Source: Endomicrobiia bacterium
GTDB taxonomy: Bacteria; Elusimicrobiota; Endomicrobiia; DTEH01
Assembly (NCBI GenBank): GCA_039630545.1
Contig: JBCNUU010000007.1
Location: 1-64,000, forward strand
Reading direction: 5' to 3'
DNA length: 64,000 bases
This document shows positions 1 to 8,651 of the stretch, piece by piece. Position 1 is the first letter of the stretch. The number at the start of each line of letters is the position of its first letter. Position numbers and translations under genes: made by a program. The notes beneath the pieces are model-generated. The model made no database searches. It saw nothing but the letters and a program-made list of their open reading frames with translations, and was not told the DNA's origin.

Positions 1-498
1 GATTTAATTGAACCATTGTGGAATTGAAATTTCTACATTTTTACCTTTTATCTTTAACGCTATTGGGATTTAATTGAACCATTGTGGAATTGAAATTCAG
101 GCTGGCGGGGGAAATCTAACAAAAAGGAGGACAGATTTAATTGAACCATTGTGGAATTGAAATAAAACTACAGAAAGCAACAACCTCTAACGGCTGGAAT
201 GATTTAATTGAACCATTGTGGAATTGAAATGAGTTCTTTATCTGAGATAGCTTTTATATATTCTCTGATTTAATTGAACCATTGTGGAATTGAAATCAAG
301 ATGATTGGATTTTATACGACGACCAACTGAAGATTTAATTGAACCATTGTGGAATTGAAATGGAGCACACGCACTTGTTTGGGCTTTACCAAAAACTTGA
401 TTTAATTGAACCATTGTGGAATTGAAACGAGGAAGTAGTATTTAATCTTTTAACATTTAATAATAGATTTAATTGAACAATTTTGTGGATATTAAAAT
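1..498 (+). CRISPR. CRISPR array, trailer end; repeat GATTTAATTGAACCATTGTGGAATTGAAAT
   Basis: 30-bp repeats start at 1, 67, 134, 201, 267, 332 and 399 (the last ends in C), with a degenerate copy at 466-498; 7 unique spacers of 35-37 bp. The 3' ATTGAAA(T/C) end is typical of type I-B/III repeats, giving + orientation. The array probably continues upstream of the window. Confidence 0.98.
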
Positions 499-512
499 AT
501 TGCCCCTGATGG

Positions 513-556
513 GTTTGGTTTTATGCGTGGTTAATTTAATGTTTTAAAAACCAAAC
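513..556. other. Inverted repeat after the array trailer (possible terminator or structured RNA)
   Basis: GTTTGGTTTT (513-522) and AAAACCAAAC (547-556) form perfect 10-bp arms; no poly-U tail on +. Confidence 0.3.
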
Positions 557-708
557 TACTGCAGTCCTTACCAAGTACATTGATAGTAGTAAAATAGTTG
601 ACATTTTTTAAAAAATATATATGTTTTTATTGAGTAAGATATTATAACCGGTATAATTCAAAGAAATAAGAAGAGGTGAAAAATATTTTTAAAAAAAAGC
701 ATTATTAA

Positions 709-846
709 ATGTTTATAGAAATACTTTTAAAAGACAAAAAAGATGAAGAAGTTAAGGAACTTTATCAACTAATTCAGAAAACCTTGATTGTTTGTGAGAG
801 GATAAAATTAAGAGAAGAAAATAATAAAGTTATATTTAACCTTTAA
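709..846 (+). CDS. Possible 45-aa hypothetical protein MFIEILLKDKKDEEVKELYQLIQKTLIVCERIKLREENNKVIFNL
   Basis: ATG..TAA open frame with protein-like composition in the CRISPR-tyrS gap; no clear SD. Confidence 0.3.
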   Translation: MFIEILLKDKKDEEVKELYQLIQKTLIVCERIKLREENNKVIFNL

Positions 847-959
847 AAATTCCACACAATTTAAAAATATAACTTCATATCATGAAAGATTTTAAATAAG
901 TTTATATTTTTAATTCATCTGTTGATTTTATAGCGAGTAATTTTATATATCAAAAGAAT

Positions 960-2141
960 ATGACGGATATAGAACAACAACTACAGGTGTTGCTTAGAGG
1001 TGTTTCTGATATAGTTTCAGTAGATGAACTTAAAGAAAAACTAAAAAATAAAAAGCAACTTACAGTAAAACTTGGTGTTGACCCAACAGCACCTGATTTG
1101 CATCTAGGCCACACAGTTATCCTACGTAAGCTTCGCCAGTTTCAAGATTTTGGTCACAAGGTTGTCTTTATTATAGGTGATTTCACTGCAAAAATCGGAG
1201 ATCCTTCAGGAAGAGATACTACTCGTCCTATTCTTTCGGAAGAAGAAATTATGCAAAATGCAAAAACTTATACGGAGCAGGTCTTTAAAATTTTAGATAG
1301 AGAAAAAACAGAAGTTGTTTATAACAGTCAGTGGCTTTATCCTTTAGGTATAGATGGACTTTTGCAGCTTTGTTCAAAATATACAGTTGCAAGGATGCTT
1401 GAAAGAGACGATTTTAACGAAAGATATAAAAATAATACACCAATCACAATTCTTGAATTCATATATCCACTTCTTCAGGGTTATGACTCTGTCGCAGTTA
1501 AGGCTGATGTGGAGTTAGGAGGTAATGACCAGAAATTTAATTTACTTGTTGGAAGAGAACTTCAGAAAGATGCAGGACAGCAACCCCAGGTTATTATAAC
1601 AATGCCTTTACTTGAGGGGACCGATGGTGAAAGAAAAATGTCGAAATCATACAAAAATTATATAGCTTTGAATGACACTTCAAAAGATATGTTTGGCAAA
1701 ATTATGTCAATACCTGACAGTATAATGCTTAAATATTTTGAATTGTTAACAGATGTGGATATAAACTATGCACAAAAAATGATAAAAGAAACACCTAAAG
1801 AGGCAAAAGAATATTTAGCATATTTAATTGTTAAACAATATTATGGAGAAGAAGTAGCTTTAAAAGAAAAACAAGAGTTTGTGAGGGTTTTTTCTAAAAA
1901 ACAAACTCCTACGGACATTCCAGTTGTTTCTGTAAAAAAACAAAGTTATGAACTTATTGATTTGCTTACTGAATATCAGCTTGTAAGTTCGAAAAGTGAA
2001 GCAAAAAGGTTAATCTCGCAAGGAGGAATAAAAATAGATAAAAAGAAAGTTCAACAAAATATAGTTTTAGACTTTAATAAATCTAAAGAAGTGTTACTTC
2101 AGATAGGTAAATTAAAATTTTATAAGATATTTGCTGAATGA
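960..2141 (+). CDS. tyrS: Tyrosine--tRNA ligase
   Basis: [13 protein letters not shown] (HIGH), KMSKS and GGNDQKFN motifs; C-terminal S4 domain. Confidence 0.98.
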   Translation: MTDIEQQLQVLLRGVSDIVSVDELKEKLKNKKQLTVKLGVDPTAPDLHLGHTVILRKLRQFQDFGHKVVFIIGDFTAKIGDPSGRDTTRPILSEEEIMQNAKTYTEQVFKILDREKTEVVYNSQWLYPLGIDGLLQLCSKYTVARMLERDDFNERYKNNTPITILEFIYPLLQGYDSVAVKADVELGGNDQKFNLLVGRELQKDAGQQPQVIITMPLLEGTDGERKMSKSYKNYIALNDTSKDMFGKIMSIPDSIMLKYFELLTDVDINYAQKMIKETPKEAKEYLAYLIVKQYYGEEVALKEKQEFVRVFSKKQTPTDIPVVSVKKQSYELIDLLTEYQLVSSKSEAKRLISQGGIKIDKKKVQQNIVLDFNKSKEVLLQIGKLKFYKIFAE

Positions 2142-2192
2142 CCAGTTGGTTTTTAAGAAAAAATCCCACCAGGAAAGGAGGTGAGTTAGGCC

Positions 2193-2246
2193 ATGGCAAA
2201 AGGTTGTGGTAAAAAGAAAAAAGAAAAAGAAAAAGAAGCAAAGTAA
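2193..2246 (+). CDS. 17-aa basic micropeptide MAKGCGKKKKEKEKEAK
   Basis: Extended SD AAAGGAGGTGA at 2174-2184, 8 nt before ATG; TAA at 2244-2246. Confidence 0.5.
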   Translation: MAKGCGKKKKEKEKEAK

Positions 2247-2332
2247 TGTGGTGTAAAAATTAAGGTAATGTGATATAAAAACTGTCTAATTAATAAAAAA
2301 TTTATTATGAAGAAATAAGGGGATTGTTTTAT

Positions 2333-2599
2333 ATGTCAAAAAATTTGATGTATTTTATTTTGTTGATAATTGTTGGGACACTTTTAGGAGCTTTTATAGG
2401 AAAAGCATTTTCAAAATTATTTCCTCAAGATTCAACAGTTAAAGAAATGTTAGCTGTTGAAATAAAACCAGGACTTCAACCAACTACTGTGGATCTTGGA
2501 ATTCTGGAGATTACCTTTGGAGCTTTAGTAAAGCTAAATATTACTGCAGTGATTGGTCTTGTAATTACTGCTGTAATTTTTAGAAAACTGATTTTATGA
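2333..2599 (+). CDS. Small membrane protein (DUF4321-like)
   Basis: Two hydrophobic segments with DLGILEITFG; lies upstream of maf; ATG 2333 follows AAGGGGA. Confidence 0.75.
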   Translation: MSKNLMYFILLIIVGTLLGAFIGKAFSKLFPQDSTVKEMLAVEIKPGLQPTTVDLGILEITFGALVKLNITAVIGLVITAVIFRKLIL

Positions 2600-3177
2600 C
2601 AAAACTTGTTCTAGCTTCAAGTTCACAGAGAAGAAAAGAAATTTTAAGTTTGTTAGGATTTAATTTCTCTATAGATAAACATAAATTTAACGAACCAAAA
2701 GTTAGATTTCACAACTCCCCTTCTAAATTTGTTGAAAAAATTGCTGTTGAGAAAGCAAAATCAGTAGCTAAATTTTATAAGGATAAAATTATCATCGCAG
2801 CAGATACCATTGTTGTATTAAACGGAAAAGAAATAATAGGTAAACCTCAAGATGAATTAGATGCCCAGAATATTCTAAGAAAACTTTCTGGGACAAAACA
2901 TGAAGTATTAAGTGGATTGTGTTTAATTTATCCAAAAAAGAAACTTTTACTTTCCGGAGTGGAAAAATCTATAGTGTTTACTCGAAAACTTTCGGAGACG
3001 GAAATACGGAAGATCTCAAAAAAACATTTAGATAAAGCAGGAGCATATGCTGTTCAGGAAAAAAAAGATAGGTTTGTAAAAAAAATTATTGGAGATTATT
3101 ACAATGTAGTAGGTTTTCCTGTTTTTTTATTTCTTAAGTTGTACAGAGAGCTTTTAATTAAAATCAAAAAATTTTAA
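2596..3177 (+). CDS. maf: Maf family nucleotide pyrophosphatase
   Basis: LVLASSSQRR, AADTIV, GKP, DKAGAY and NVVGFP motifs. Confidence 0.95.
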   Translation: MTKLVLASSSQRRKEILSLLGFNFSIDKHKFNEPKVRFHNSPSKFVEKIAVEKAKSVAKFYKDKIIIAADTIVVLNGKEIIGKPQDELDAQNILRKLSGTKHEVLSGLCLIYPKKKLLLSGVEKSIVFTRKLSETEIRKISKKHLDKAGAYAVQEKKDRFVKKIIGDYYNVVGFPVFLFLKLYRELLIKIKKF

Positions 3178-4073
3178 TGAAAAAAGAAAAACCCCATCAG
3201 GAAGTAAGATTGGATCAACTAGTGGATTATAGCCAACCTTATGCTGTTCTTGAAGAAGTAAAACATAACTTCATACATCATTATCCAATTGTAGAATTTC
3301 TTCCTTTTAGATACTACTTCAACGATTTTATAGATTTGATGGAGGGAAGATACCCAGGATATAAAAAATATAACACTAAATTTCACGACATTCAACACAC
3401 AACAGATGTGCTGTTAGCAATATCCAGACTGATAGATGGATATAACATAAAACATGCAAAAAATAAACTTTCTTTAGAAAAAGTAAAAATAGCATTAGTT
3501 GCTACTCTTTTCCATGATGTTGGTTATCTTCAAACAATAGACGACCAGGAAGGAACAGGAGCAAAGTATACACTTGTTCATGTTGAGCGAAGCATTGATT
3601 TTTTATCAAAATACATGCAGCAAAAAGGTTTTGATTATCAACAGTTTGAAGTAGCAAAAAATATAGTATTGTGTACAAAGCTTAGTTTAGACCCTTCCAA
3701 AATAAACTTCTCAGATGAAGAAGAAAAAAGCTTAGGGTTTATGTTAGGAACAGCTGACCTTATCGGTCAGATGTCGGCAAGAACTTATCTTGAAAGATTG
3801 GTGTTTTTGTTTTATGAATTTAGAGAAGCAGGAATTACAGGGTATACCTCTGAGTTTGATTTACTTAAAAAAACTCAGGAGTTTTATAAAATGGTGCTGG
3901 ATAGAATAGATAATCAATTAAATAAAACTTATAACTATTTAATTTATCATTTTAAAAAAAGATATAAGATAAACAAAAATTTATATATTGTTGCTATAGA
4001 GAGAGCGATAAATTACATAAATACAATAAACTCTCCTCAAGAAATGTTTACAAAATTAAGAAGAAAAGTTTAA
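3177..4073 (+). CDS. HD-superfamily metal-dependent phosphohydrolase
   Basis: FHDIQHT, LFHDVGY, HVERS and ADLIGQM motifs. Confidence 0.85.
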   Translation: MKKEKPHQEVRLDQLVDYSQPYAVLEEVKHNFIHHYPIVEFLPFRYYFNDFIDLMEGRYPGYKKYNTKFHDIQHTTDVLLAISRLIDGYNIKHAKNKLSLEKVKIALVATLFHDVGYLQTIDDQEGTGAKYTLVHVERSIDFLSKYMQQKGFDYQQFEVAKNIVLCTKLSLDPSKINFSDEEEKSLGFMLGTADLIGQMSARTYLERLVFLFYEFREAGITGYTSEFDLLKKTQEFYKMVLDRIDNQLNKTYNYLIYHFKKRYKINKNLYIVAIERAINYINTINSPQEMFTKLRRKV

Positions 4074-4082
4074 AATGTTAAA

Positions 4083-4982
4083 ATGTCTGAAGAGCTTTTG
4101 ATTGAGAAATTTTTAGAATTCATAAGAATTGAAAAGGGCCTTTCGCAAAATACAATCTTAGCTTATAGAAGAGACCTCAAACAATACTTTGCATTTTTAA
4201 AAAAAATAGAAAAAAATATTCATACTGTATTACCTGAAGATATCACAGAATTTCTATGGCAACTTAAAGAAAAAAACTTAAAAACAAACTCAATATATAG
4301 AAAAACATCCTGTATTACTCAATTTCATAAATTTTTAATTGCAGAAGAAATAACTAAAAACAATCCAATTGAACTTATTTCTAAACCAAAACTGCAAAGA
4401 AAACTGCCTCAAGTTTTATCGTATGAAGAAGTAGATAAACTTTTAAGCTTTATTCCTGGAAAGAAATTTAATGATATAAGAAACAAAGCAATGCTTGAAG
4501 TTTTATATGCTACAGGTATGAGAGTTTCTGAACTTGTAAATTTAAAATTTAGTCAGTTGGATTTGTCTAACAAATACATTAAAGTGGTTGGTAAGGGAAA
4601 TAAAGAAAGAATTGTGTTGCTTAATCAAAAAAGCATAAAAGCCATTAAAGAATGGTTAGAAGTAAGAGAAAAAAAATTTAAAAATAAAATATCGTCTGAT
4701 TATGACCAATATGTTTTTCTTTCAAAACTTGGAAAACCCATATCAAGAATTGATTTTTGGGAACAACTAAAAAACTATGTGAAACAAGCAGGCATTACAA
4801 AAAATGTCTCTCCTCATACTTTAAGGCACTCTTTTGCAACACATATGTTAAAATACGGTGCTGATTTAAGAGTTGTGCAAGAACTTTTAGGACATTCCGA
4901 TATTTCTACTACCCAGATCTATACACATATAGACAGGCAACACTTAAAAGAATTACACAAAAAATATCATCCCCGAGGATAA
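4083..4982 (+). CDS. xerD: Tyrosine recombinase XerD
   Basis: TGMRVSEL, GKGNKER, HTLRHSFATH, LLGHSDISTTQIYTH; ends HPRG. Confidence 0.9.
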   Translation: MSEELLIEKFLEFIRIEKGLSQNTILAYRRDLKQYFAFLKKIEKNIHTVLPEDITEFLWQLKEKNLKTNSIYRKTSCITQFHKFLIAEEITKNNPIELISKPKLQRKLPQVLSYEEVDKLLSFIPGKKFNDIRNKAMLEVLYATGMRVSELVNLKFSQLDLSNKYIKVVGKGNKERIVLLNQKSIKAIKEWLEVREKKFKNKISSDYDQYVFLSKLGKPISRIDFWEQLKNYVKQAGITKNVSPHTLRHSFATHMLKYGADLRVVQELLGHSDISTTQIYTHIDRQHLKELHKKYHPRG

Positions 4983-5048
4983 TTTTAGCTAAAGATATTA
5001 AAATTATTTTCTGCTTTATATTCCGTAAATTTTTTTAAAAAACTTTAC

Positions 5049-5077
5049 TTGAATTTATTTAAAAGTTTTTGTAAAAT
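5049..5077 (+). promoter_or_regulatory. Sigma70-type promoter for dnaN
   Basis: TTGAAT-N17-TAAAAT, followed by an AGGAGG SD before ATG 5115. Confidence 0.55.
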
Positions 5078-5114
5078 AAAATTTCAACACTCCACTTAGG
5101 AGGTAAAATAAATT

Positions 5115-6236
5115 ATGGAATTGGTTATAAATAAAGAACTTCTTGTAAAAAATTTACAACTTTTAGACCCTATTGTTAGTTCTCATACAGCTTTACCACT
5201 TACTCCAGATGTTTTAATTTCAACAGAAGGCAAAGACAGATGTGTCCTTATAGGCAGTGATATAGAAACATCTTTAAAAACAGAGATTAGCTGTAAAGTT
5301 ATTTCTTCTGGAGAGATTTGTATACCTGCAAAGAAACTTCACAGTGCTGTAAAAGAACTTGATGAAGATGAAATAATACTTAAAACTCAAGATGAAAAAA
5401 CTCCTATAGCTCAGATGTTTTGTGGTAAAACAAAAAATACATTTATCGGTCAACCAGCTAAAAATCATCCGGGAATGCCCAAATATGATGAAAAACAAGC
5501 AAAAACTCAAGAAATTACAATGGACGCAGAAGTTCTTTTGGATGCTTTAACAAAGACAGTATTTGCTACTTCTAAAGAAGAAACAAGATATTATCTTAAT
5601 GGGGTATACTTTAATATACAAAAAGATGTAATAAAGTTCGTAGCTACAGATGGAAGACGTTTAGCATATGTTACAAGAAAAATTACTCCAACTAAGATAG
5701 CAACCACAGGAATTGTTCCAACTAAAGCTGTTGATAGGGTAATTAACATAATAGAAAAAAGTAAATCTAAAAGCTGTAGCTTTTCTTTGTTACAGGAACA
5801 TTTCATTTTTAAAATAGACAACATATGTTTTGTAAGTAGATTGGTCCAGGGAGAATTTCCTGCCTATGAACAGGTAATACCTAAGATTACCTCAACTTTG
5901 AAGGTAAAGGTTGAAAATTTAATAAAGGGTATTAAACAATCTTCATGGGTTATAGGAGAAAAAGGTTTTGGTATAAAATTTTTATTTACAAAAAATGGTT
6001 TAAAGCTTTCTTCTGTTGTGGAATCAGTTGGGATATCAGAAGTGGAAGTAGATATAGAATACACAGGTAATGATGTCGAAGTTAAATTTGAACCATCTTA
6101 TATTTTAGATGTTTTATCTGTACTTGATGAGAAAGAAAATGTAATAATAGGAATAAATGAACCTACTGCTCCATGGATGATACAGCCTGAAAACGATAAA
6201 GATTATATTTATATTCTTATGCCAATGAAGTTGTGA
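5115..6236 (+). CDS. dnaN: DNA polymerase III beta sliding clamp
   Basis: ETRYYLNGV, VATDGRRLA, GEFPAYEQVIP, C-terminal YILMPMKL. Confidence 0.96.
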   Translation: MELVINKELLVKNLQLLDPIVSSHTALPLTPDVLISTEGKDRCVLIGSDIETSLKTEISCKVISSGEICIPAKKLHSAVKELDEDEIILKTQDEKTPIAQMFCGKTKNTFIGQPAKNHPGMPKYDEKQAKTQEITMDAEVLLDALTKTVFATSKEETRYYLNGVYFNIQKDVIKFVATDGRRLAYVTRKITPTKIATTGIVPTKAVDRVINIIEKSKSKSCSFSLLQEHFIFKIDNICFVSRLVQGEFPAYEQVIPKITSTLKVKVENLIKGIKQSSWVIGEKGFGIKFLFTKNGLKLSSVVESVGISEVEVDIEYTGNDVEVKFEPSYILDVLSVLDEKENVIIGINEPTAPWMIQPENDKDYIYILMPMKL

Positions 6237-6263
6237 TATTCTTGTCATAATGTTTTTCTTTCC

Positions 6264-6554
6264 ATGGAAAAATTTGTAAAAATTGATGTGATATTAAAAA
6301 ACTTATTTAAGAGATATGGAATATCAGAGAATTTAGGTATTCTTTATGATGTGTGGGAAAAAGTTGTAGGTAAAGAAATAGCAAAAAAAATAAAATTGTG
6401 TGGTGCAAGAAAAGATGAACTGTTAGTTACTGTTAACTCACCTGCTTGTGCTCATCATTTAAAACTTAATAAAAATGAGTATTTAAAAAAAATTAATGAA
6501 CTCCTTTCAAAAACTTCTGAGTGTGAGTTTAAAAAAATAAAAATAATAAAATGA
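6264..6554 (+). CDS. dciA: DciA/DUF721 family protein
   Basis: WEKVVGKEIA...LLVTVNSPACAHHL pattern; directly after dnaN. Confidence 0.75.
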   Translation: MEKFVKIDVILKNLFKRYGISENLGILYDVWEKVVGKEIAKKIKLCGARKDELLVTVNSPACAHHLKLNKNEYLKKINELLSKTSECEFKKIKIIK

Positions 6555-7903
6555 ATGAAAAACTTTTTGGAACAGATGGAATAAGGGGAGAGGTAAACCG
6601 TTCTCCTTTTACAAAAAAAGAACTTTCCGTTATAAGTAGATATGCAGCTTCAATTTTAAAAAAAGTGTATGTTACTCCAAGGCTAGTTGTTGGATACGAT
6701 ACAAGAGAGTCAAGCCCCTGGATATCTGAGTTGCTCTGTAAAGAATTTTTGAAATTTGGTTATTTAATCCACAATGTTGAAATTTTTCCTACAGCTGGAG
6801 TTTCTTTTCTTTGTAGAGAATTGAAAGCAATAGGAGTAGTGGTTTCTGCTTCTCATAACCCTTATAATTTTAACGGTATAAAGTTTTTTTCTCCAGATGG
6901 CGAAAAACTTCCAAATAAGTTAGAAGAAGAAATAGAATCACATATAAAAAATAAACTCAAAATTATATCTTATGAAAAAAAAGGTGAACTGATTAACTAC
7001 TCATCAGAAGCACAACAAAAATATATAGGATTTCTTAAAAATATTTTTTTAAAAGATATTGTGTTAAAAGATAATTTTTTTAAGAAAATATCTCTAATAG
7101 TAGATGCTGCTAATGGAGCTACTTACAAAATAGTTAAGAAAATATTTAGTGAGTTTTTTGAAAACATAAAGTTTATAAACATCTCTCCAGATGGTAGAAA
7201 TATAAATTATAAATGTGGAGCTGTTTATCCTGAAACTTTAAAAAAAGAAACTCAAACAGGAGAAATAGGAATTTGTTTTGATGGTGATGGAGACAGGGTC
7301 ATATTTGTTGATGAAAAAAATATCATAAGAGATGGTGACTATATATTAGGAGTTATTGCTACAGATTACAAAAAAAATAAAATTTTAAAAAATTCTTTAG
7401 TTGTAGTAACTGTTATGTCAAACTTAGGATTGCTTAAATATTTATGGACAAAAAACATAAAAGTAATTCAATGTCCTGTGGGTGACAAGTATGTTTCAGA
7501 GTATTTAAAAGAATACAAAGGAAATTTAGGTGGTGAGCAATCAGGTCATATAGTTCTTTATGATTATCTTCCTACTGGTGATGGGATTCTTACAGCTTTG
7601 GAGGTTTTAAAGATAATGATAAAAAATAAAAAAAGAATTTCTCTGCTTTGTAAAATTTTTGAAAAATATCCTCAGATAATAAAAAATGTAAAAACTTCTT
7701 TAAAGCCTCCTGTTGAAGAGATATTTGAAAAAGATTTTATTAAAAAAATAGAAAACAAAATCAAAGGAAGAATAATTTTAAGATATTCTGGAACAGAACC
7801 CTTGCTTCGCATAATGGTTGAAGGCAAAAATAAAACAGATATAGAAAAAGTTGCAGATCTTTTAGAAAAAAAATTTCTAAGTTATCTTAAAACTAAAAAT
7901 TGA
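6551..7903 (+). CDS. glmM: Phosphoglucosamine mutase
   Basis: LFGTDGIRG, SASHNP, FDGDGDR, GGEQSGH, RYSGTEP. Confidence 0.93.
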   Translation: MNEKLFGTDGIRGEVNRSPFTKKELSVISRYAASILKKVYVTPRLVVGYDTRESSPWISELLCKEFLKFGYLIHNVEIFPTAGVSFLCRELKAIGVVVSASHNPYNFNGIKFFSPDGEKLPNKLEEEIESHIKNKLKIISYEKKGELINYSSEAQQKYIGFLKNIFLKDIVLKDNFFKKISLIVDAANGATYKIVKKIFSEFFENIKFINISPDGRNINYKCGAVYPETLKKETQTGEIGICFDGDGDRVIFVDEKNIIRDGDYILGVIATDYKKNKILKNSLVVVTVMSNLGLLKYLWTKNIKVIQCPVGDKYVSEYLKEYKGNLGGEQSGHIVLYDYLPTGDGILTALEVLKIMIKNKKRISLLCKIFEKYPQIIKNVKTSLKPPVEEIFEKDFIKKIENKIKGRIILRYSGTEPLLRIMVEGKNKTDIEKVADLLEKKFLSYLKTKN

Positions 7904-7908
7904 AAAGT

Positions 7909-8631
7909 ATGGTAAAACTAGGAGTTAACATAGATCACATAGCAACTTTAAGGCAACAAAGAAAAATAGGAGTACCTTCAATAATAGAAGCTGCCAGAAT
8001 AGTGGAAGAATCCTGTGCTCATCAAATTACTGTCCATCTTCGGGAGGATAGAAGACACATCCAGGATGAAGATGTAATACAGCTTAAAAAAATTCTAAAA
8101 ATACCTTTAAATCTTGAAATGTCTCTTAATGAGGAAATAGTAAAATTTGCTTTAAAAGTAAAACCTGATGAAGTCTGTATAGTTCCTGAAAGAAGACAGG
8201 AACTTACTACAGAAGGTGGTTTGAACCTGAAGGATAACTACAAAAGACTTCAAAAAGTGATAAAAAAGCTAAAAGAAAAAGAAATCATTGTAAGTTTGTT
8301 TGTAGAACCTAAAGAAGAAGATATACTTTTAGCTAAAAAATTAGAAGCAGATGCGGTTGAAATTCACACTGGTAAATATTCTCTATGTAAACCTGATACA
8401 AAAAAATTCCATCTGGAGCTAGAAAGAATAAAAAATGCTTGTTTTTTTGCATTTCAGCAAGGACTTATAGTAAACGCAGGTCATGGCCTTAACTATGAAA
8501 ATGTAAAGTATATAGCAAAAATAGAAAATATAAACACGCTAAACATTGGTTTCTCCATAGTAGCACGAGCAATTTTTGTAGGTCTAAAGCAAGCTGTAGA
8601 AGAAATGTTAAAATTAATAAAAACATATTAA
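7909..8631 (+). CDS. pdxJ: Pyridoxine 5'-phosphate synthase
   Basis: LGVNIDHIATLR, TVHLREDRRHI, TTEGG, NAGHGL; alternative start TTG 7900. Confidence 0.96.
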   Translation: MVKLGVNIDHIATLRQQRKIGVPSIIEAARIVEESCAHQITVHLREDRRHIQDEDVIQLKKILKIPLNLEMSLNEEIVKFALKVKPDEVCIVPERRQELTTEGGLNLKDNYKRLQKVIKKLKEKEIIVSLFVEPKEEDILLAKKLEADAVEIHTGKYSLCKPDTKKFHLELERIKNACFFAFQQGLIVNAGHGLNYENVKYIAKIENINTLNIGFSIVARAIFVGLKQAVEEMLKLIKTY

Positions 8632-8651
8632 TTCTTCAAAAGTTTAATTCC

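Noticed and set aside
500..959. T-box riboswitch upstream of tyrS
   Set aside because: No GGTGGNACC T-box motif or terminator/antiterminator pair found.
4083..4982. Tyrosine recombinase as a prophage/island integrase
   Set aside because: Length, motifs and HPRG end fit chromosomal XerD; no att sites or phage genes nearby.
8632..8651. glmS ribozyme
   Set aside because: Only a 20-nt gap between pdxJ and glmS.
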